The notes under the pieces: model-generated
The model's database searches: none
The model's input: the letters and a program-made list of their open reading frames with translations, nothing else
What the model was told of the DNA's origin: nothing
Program-made: the position numbers and the translations under genes
Assembly: GCF_035594765.1 (NCBI RefSeq)
Contig: NC_085846.1
Span: forward strand, 14,247,190 to 14,311,189
Length of the DNA: 64,000 bases
Source of the DNA: Anolis carolinensis
Lineage: Eukaryota
Direction: 5' to 3'
Shown: positions 47,542 to 64,000 of the stretch, one piece after another
Layout of the letters: every line of letters begins with the position of its first letter
How positions within the stretch are numbered: position 1 is the first letter of the stretch

Positions 47542-50218
47542 GTCAGGAGCGACTTAAGAAACTGCAAGTCACTTCTGGTGTGAGAGAAATAGCCATCTGC
47601 AAGAACGTTGCCCAGGGGATGCCCGCATGTTTGACGTTTTACCATCCAGCGGGAGGCTTCTCTTATATCCCTGTATGGGGAGATAGAGCTGACAGACGGG
47701 AGCTCACCCTGCTCTCCGGATTCAAACTGCCGATCTATCCATCGGCAGTCCTGCTGGCACAACCCTAACCCATTGCGCCACTGGTTCAAATATAATGAGG
47801 TTATTACAGTTGGAGATGCCTGTTTTACAAATGCCAGTAACCGATGAGGTTATTACAATTGGAGATACATTTTTGCAGTTGTAATAACCTCATATTAAAT
47901 TTTTTTATTTTTGTATGAGAGAGAAATTGCGCATCATGATAGCTTTTGAAAAGCTCTGGTTTTCAAAACGAGTAAATATTTTGCTTCACCTTTCCTTCCT
48001 GTATTTTGTTGATTCATCTGTCGCTAGTTATGATTTATTACTTGTGGTCAAATACTGGCCCATCATTCCCTCCCACACCAGCTTAGTTTATTGGGCTGCT
48101 TTATCCTTTAATATCATATAAGCTTGGATGGGTGGGCATTTTCCTGGGTCCTTGCCAGTGTCATGCACAAATTGAAATGGCTGCCTATGATCTGTGTCGC
48201 TTCTCCTTCCAGTCTCGTGATGGAGAGAGGCGAATGCAGAGGGGGGAACCCTCTTTAAATGGTTTATTTTGTTATCCCAATCTGGATCGGAAACTGAAAA
48301 CATGGGAAGGGAAAATGGAAATACTGTAATCTCTGAATTATGAAGAAATGGTAATGATGGTAATCTTTTCTGCTCACATACTTTATATAAAAGTTGGTTC
48401 TTCAAACTTGTGGAATCTCATTTTTTAAAAAGAGGAATGTATTAGTTATTTGATTTGTATGACACCTTTCTTCTGGGGTGCATCTACACTGTGGAAATAA
48501 TGCAGTTTGATACCCTTTTAACTACTATGGCCAATGCTATGGAATCCTGAGTGTTACAGTTTGTTGATGCACCAGCACTCTGGCAGAGAAGTCTAGAAGA
48601 CATTATAAAACTATAGCTCCCATTCATCCATATTATTTAGCTATGACAGTTATCATGCATTAATTCTACAGCGTAAATGCACCCCTGCAGCAGGATTCAA
48701 GGTGGCTTCCAAGCGCAGTAGATTAAAATTTAAAATGTTTACAGTAAACAGTGATCCATCGCTTAGAGTGTGGTATAAAAGAATTCTGAGTACTAGACTT
48801 GGATAATGCTTACAGTCCTTCCACACACAAAAATGGTTTATTTCAAGCTTTCTTAATTTCAGAAGTATTGTTTATGAGAAGAGGAGTCACTTTATTGCTG
48901 CTTCTGTTGTTAAAGACTTGAGAGTGAGAAATCCTCCTTAATTCATTCTAAATCACCGCAGGTCTACCAGCAGACCCATGTATACTCTTTCCACCCTGAG
49001 CTATGTATCCCCTCATCTAGATTGTCCTCCTCATCCCATCAAAACCACCGTCCCCTATCTGGGGATTATCATCTTGGCTCCAGCCAGCCTTTGCTTCCAT
49101 AGCAGAGAGTTCTTTCGCTCGGTTTTATTTCCCAATGATTGTTCTGTAAACACAAGATTCTCTTTCTATTGGCACTACAATGTTTGCACAAGACTCTTCT
49201 GAGTCTAAAGGTTTGTGTTAAGTTTTGTGTTTTGATAGTCAACTGAATGCTACAAATATTTCCACTCCCCATCCACTTCTGAAAAAAATGTGATATTTTT
49301 TTTGGAGGAGGGGAGGAAAAAGGGGAAAGGGTCAGTCAAGTTTTGTGTCCCCAATTTTTCCAGGCATGCCATGCCACAGTTTGGACCGAGGGAAGAGAAG
49401 TGGGAGAAAACAGTGGAATTGTTTTTTTAACAGTCTAATTCAGAATGTGTTTGTCTGGAGCTTTTCCAGTCCTGTAGAGTTTGAGAATGTTACTTTTTTA
49501 TTTTTTGGATGCTTTTGGCAGAATCTTTGTCCAGAAAAACATTCTCAAACTCTGGTTATGTGTTCTTGTTGCTAATATCAATATCCTGCCCTTTTCCCAG
49601 TCTGGGACTCAAAGTAGCTAACAAAGGTTAAACCAGATACAGCTAAAAAAACCCCTCCTTATCATACAAAGATTAAAAAATATATAATTAAACTGACAGT
49701 AGAATCCAAAATCCATTGATGCTCAAGTCCTATCTTATATAGTCAAAAAATTGTATCCATTATGTATAACCAGTATTCAAGATTTGTTTTTTGGAGTATT
49801 TACAAGCCATGGATAGTTGAATCCATGGATACAGAAAGCCTACTGTATAGCAGATTCTGAAACGTCCTTTCCCTCAGAGAAGTCAGCCATCAAAGCCCTG
49901 CTTAAACAAAACAAATTATCACCTACGTATGAAAGGATAGCAAAGGGTTGACAGTCTAACCTTTCTAGTAAAGGGAGTTCCAGAGCCTCGGAGCTGCTTC
50001 CAAAAAGGTCCCCTCCTGTGTTTCCACCAGATGTATCTATCAGTGGAACAGAGAAAAAAACATCTCCCGAAGACTTCAAGAAATGGCCAAGTTCATGTGC
50101 CATAAAAAAAATTACCCCAAAGAGGTATTGCCTAGGAACAGGTTGTTGCTGGGAATGGCAGCCACAGGAGTGGGATATTGGATTTTGGGGGGTGTGATTG
50201 TGTGGAATAATAGTAGTA

Positions 50219-50269
<51 letters not shown>

Positions 50270-50274
50270 TAATA

Positions 50275-50716
50275 CTTCCGAATCCAGACTGACAAAGTTC
50301 TGGAACACAACACACCAGACATCACAGTTGTGGAAAAGAACAAGGCTTGGATCATTGATGTTGCCATCCCAGGTGACAGTCGCATAGATGAAAAACAACA
50401 GGAAAAACTCAGCCGCTATCAGGACCTCAAGATTGAACTTCAAAGACTCTGGCAGAAACCAGTACAGGTGGTCCCGGTGGTGATGGGCACACTGGGTGCT
50501 GTGCCAAAAGATCTCAGCCGGCATTTGGAAACAATAGACATTGACAAAATCACCATCTGCCAACTGCAAAAGGCCACCCTACTGGGATCTGCACACATCA
50601 TCAGAAAATACATCACACAGTCCTAGACACTTGGGAAGTGTTCGACTTGTGGTTTTGCGAAACGAAATCCAGCATATCTATCTTGTTTGCTGTGCCATAC
50701 AACGTCGTTGTGTTGA
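50275..50716 (+). mobile_element. 5'-truncated R4/Dong-clade non-LTR retrotransposon (restriction-like endonuclease end); second fragment on the minus strand at about 32365-32576
   Basis: The ORF end FRIQTDKVLEHNTPDITVVEKNKAWIIDVAIPGD..EKLSRYQDL..VVPVVMGTLG is the PD..D RLE motif. Both copies are embedded in (TAA)n. Confidence 0.85.
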
Positions 50717-51367
50717 TAATAATAATAATATTTATTTATATTCCGCTTTATTTTCCCGAAGGGACTCAGAGCGAATTACAGTACACATAAAAGGCAAACA
50801 TTCAGTACCTTTTACACAACAATGACATGCAATACATGTACACAAACAAAGGTAAAGACCTTTGCCTTTCATCTCCTGTGTCTGGAGGTGATGCTCAACT
50901 CCAACCATGGAGAGGTGCTCTTGTTCCATTTTCCATGCTGAGGAGCCTGTTGTCCGTAGACATCTCCAATTGTGTTTTGCCGGCATGTCTGCCCTTTTAC
51001 CTTCCGCCGAGGCGATCCCTATTGATAATAATAATAATAATAATAACTTTATTTTTATACCCCGCCCCATCTCCCCGAAGGGACTCGGGGCGGCTTACAT
51101 GGGGCCTTGCCCGATAAAACAATCAAATATCAAAACACAGCAATATTGATCTACTTGCATTGCATGTCTTCGAACTGCTAGGTTGGCAGAAGCTAGGGCT
51201 TACAGTCAGGAGCTCACCCCGACTTGCGGCTTCAAACTGCCAACCAGCAGATTTCCTGCAGCTAGCGGTTTAACCCTATGGCAGAGTGTAGGTGTAGGAC
51301 CGTTGTAGAACTCAGTCCCAAGAATGATAACCTGTCTAAACTTTTCCTTTCCGTTTCTTTCCCAGCC

Positions 51368-61302
<9,935 letters not shown>

Positions 61303-63801
61303 TAAAGTTAATTTAAAACTCCCATAATCTCCCAGCCATCACTCATGCTGTCTGGGAGTGTTATGGGAGTTGTCATCATGAAAGTAATCTCTCCCACTAC
61401 AATGCCTACTCACATGAGCAGAACAGAAGTCTTGAAAGCACATAATTTTTAATTTCAAATGGACCAGCCAGTCTCCAATCCTATGTTTTCATATTTCTGA
61501 ATAGGAGCTCTCCCCCTCCCTCTCTCTCATCCACATCATGCCAATGAAGTGAGATCCCATTGGAGCACAGCAGCTTCCCAACATCCACGGTTCAGTTTTG
61601 AGTCAGGGTTTACCTGGAAGGTGTCCTAAATGCAAATGCTCAGCTTTGGAATGTGTTGAAGTAGCGATAAAGGGAAGTGCTGCTTAAGCACTTGCAGAGT
61701 GCTTTTCCTTCCTCAGTCGCTTTCCACACCCAGTCTGTGCTTCTTTGGAATTTGGATGCCACATTTCTGGTGGGTGGCATCTAAGTAGGAAGGAGTGCCA
61801 GCATACTTCCCCCGTATCCAATTACCTTTTTGCCCATACTAGTCACTCCCCCACACTTGTATGCCACTGTTCACTCTGTTCTTCCCATCTTCCCCGTGTG
61901 CCTCTTGGTCTCTGTATTCTTTTTTGTGTTTGCCTCCCTCACAGTCATTATAGTTCTGTTGTAGCACCTTTACAGGTTGCTTTCCAAATGCTTCTCAAGG
62001 CCCTTTCACATTACATTGTTTAGTTATAGCGTAACCGTTTCACTTTTACTGCCACTTCTCAGATCATGGTGGATCCCATATTTTTCAGGGTCTGTAAACA
62101 CATTGGATGGAAATCTTTCAGGAATGCTTAATTTATATCCCAGCATGGCATATTGTGATGGCCCTTGTGATCCCCTCAATCAGATTCTGTGATTTTCAGG
62201 CAAAGAACTCGGTTGTCTTGCCAAACCACAATCCTGGAAATGCAGCTATTTTGTTGTTAAAGTGGAATCATAGTGCTGTAATTATGTTGTGTGAAAGGAC
62301 CCTCATTATTACGAAAGCAGCACATTATCCTATACCTCCAAAGAAAGGATAGTATCCCATACACCCTAAGAAAGACCTGATATAAAGAATACGGTTTTCA
62401 CAATTTCCCAGCTACCAGGAGTGGAGCCCAAGTAATCAAATTGCCAATCGCTGGAGATTATTGTCTTCTGGTTGGGGGATTTGGGGAGTCATAGTAAAAA
62501 AAGTCATCTTTCCAGGCTCTGATGATAGGGGATTCAGGTAGCTGCAATCCTTCTAATGCAGTGTGAGCTGTGGCTAGTTGTGTCAGGAGAAAACTCTTCT
62601 CTTTATCCAAAAGTTATGAAATTTACCAACCCTACCACCTCCCCTTCATGTTGGCCATGTCTTAGTTGGAAGGTGTGCAGAATAGAGGTTAATTCCCAAA
62701 CATCCAAAAATGCAGACCACCAGGTTTGTATCTGTATAAAATTTATTTTGTCAAACCTAAAGACCTTGAGCAGACTTCTCTGAACAATGTCTCCTAGATG
62801 TATTAGTTAGGCTATCACTTCTGTCATTTTTGAGCCAGCAACAGAGCCAGTTGGTGAAGGGGAAAGAGGCCGCTGGAAACTACAGTAGTTGAACTGTTCT
62901 CCATTCTAGATCTGATATGTTCTTCCATTGCCTATTACAAGCTGCTATAGTTAATGAATTGCTATCATTAAGCTTAGCAATAATAATAATTATACTATGG
63001 TCACATCACCATTCAGGACTCCTCCCAGAACAACAGAGGCCAAAACCTCTGTCTGTGGGAGGGAAATGCAAAGCAAGGATTCTCTCTGTTTGGTTGTGAT
63101 GTGTTTGAGCACTCAGTGAAAACTGAGACCCCCCATTTACATACACTGCTATACAATGCAGTTTTAAATTACAGTATATGGCAGTGTAGATGGGGCTTCA
63201 GATTCAGGCACTTGGTTGTTCTGATTTTTGAGAAACTGAGTCTGAGCCCCAGTGCCCCAAACCTACTTTTCTGGACTGCAGCCCTCTTAATTCTCTAGGT
63301 AATTAATACCAGTGGCTACAATGGCGTAGTACAGTGGTTCTCAATCTGTGGGTCCCCAGATGTTTTTGTCCTACAACTCCCAAAAATCCCAGCCAGTTTA
63401 CCAGCTATTCGGATTTCTGGGAGTTGAAGGCCAAAACATCTGGGGGCCCACAGGTTGAGAACCACTGGCATAGGAATTCTGGAAGACATCGTCCAAAGAA
63501 GTAACCATTTCTCCAAGCTCTGCCAAAGCCACTCATGCAGTTTCCTTGGCAAAGTTTGTGTTTCACCCCTGAGCCTTGGGCCCTCTCCATCAAAGCACAG
63601 TTCTCTGCAGTGCTTCTTTTCTGCAATCTGGGTCACACCGAGACCACACTGCTTGTTGGAAGATATTATTTGAATTTTTGTGTCCAAACAAAATGGTTTT
63701 GGGGTCTTGTCTCTGACAGTGTTTGTGTGTGGGAGGGTGTTCTCCTGGGTCGTCGAGGGGAGCTGGTATTAATCCCCCCCTCTGTTGTCTTACTGCCCCA
63801 G

Positions 63802-63828
63802 CCGGAGTACCCGACCGAAGCCAAACAG
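63802..63828 (+). CDS. Candidate alternatively spliced loop-1 insert microexon of the myosin gene (PEYPTEAKQ)
   Basis: Pyrimidine-rich acceptor ..tgtcttactgccccag, 27 nt in phase 0, donor CAG|GCAAGA (GC type) and TGCATG at 63844-63849. It resembles the MYH10 B1 insert PESPKPVKHQ and follows the exon ending DHNIP. Confidence 0.55.
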
Positions 63829-64000
63829 GCAAGAGAGAGCACTTGCATGTTGCCACAATGCCAATCCCCCCCTATCCCTGCACAGCCCCATCCTCCTCCT
63901 CCCCGTCCATCCTCCAGGGCTGACTGCTGGTCACTTACATTGGCTGCTGCTCTTGCCTCCTTTTGGGGGCTCTAACTCTGGCTTAAAAGCTTTGATTGTT

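Overview
Vertebrate genomic DNA, most likely an Anolis lizard (inferred from the repeats: Sauria SINE, Anolis-type SINEs, Penelope, Vingi, R4/Dong, CR1, hAT/Tc1/Harbinger MITEs). Manual splicing gives five protein-coding genes. The first 16 kb hold a cluster of three Izumo-domain sperm membrane protein genes: a TEX51-like gene (-, running off the left edge, with an acidic 30-bp-repeat tail), IZUMO3 (+, head-to-head with the TEX51-like gene, ATGs about 270 bp apart) and IZUMO2 (-, tail-to-tail with IZUMO3). All three share the same 7-exon, phase 1-1-1-1-1-2 structure, a 75-nt exon 2, an 18-21-nt Cys microexon and the same 8-Cys spacing. This points to TEX51 being a poorly recognised Izumo paralog born in an ancestral tandem cluster that is dispersed in human. 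Next come a 4-exon MPV17L-type gene (-, 18.0-20.2 kb, probably a paralog not present at the human locus), a consensus CTCF site (24.1 kb), a CpG-rich promoter (about 30 kb) and the 5' part of a non-muscle myosin II heavy chain gene (MYH14 by synteny; coding exons 51.4-61.3 kb). That gene has a candidate 27-nt loop-1 microexon with a GC donor and a downstream UGCAUG. The rest is transposon-rich, including inverted Penelope pairs carrying minimal hammerhead ribozymes and multi-level nested insertions. Orthology calls rest on recalled human sequences, not on database searches.
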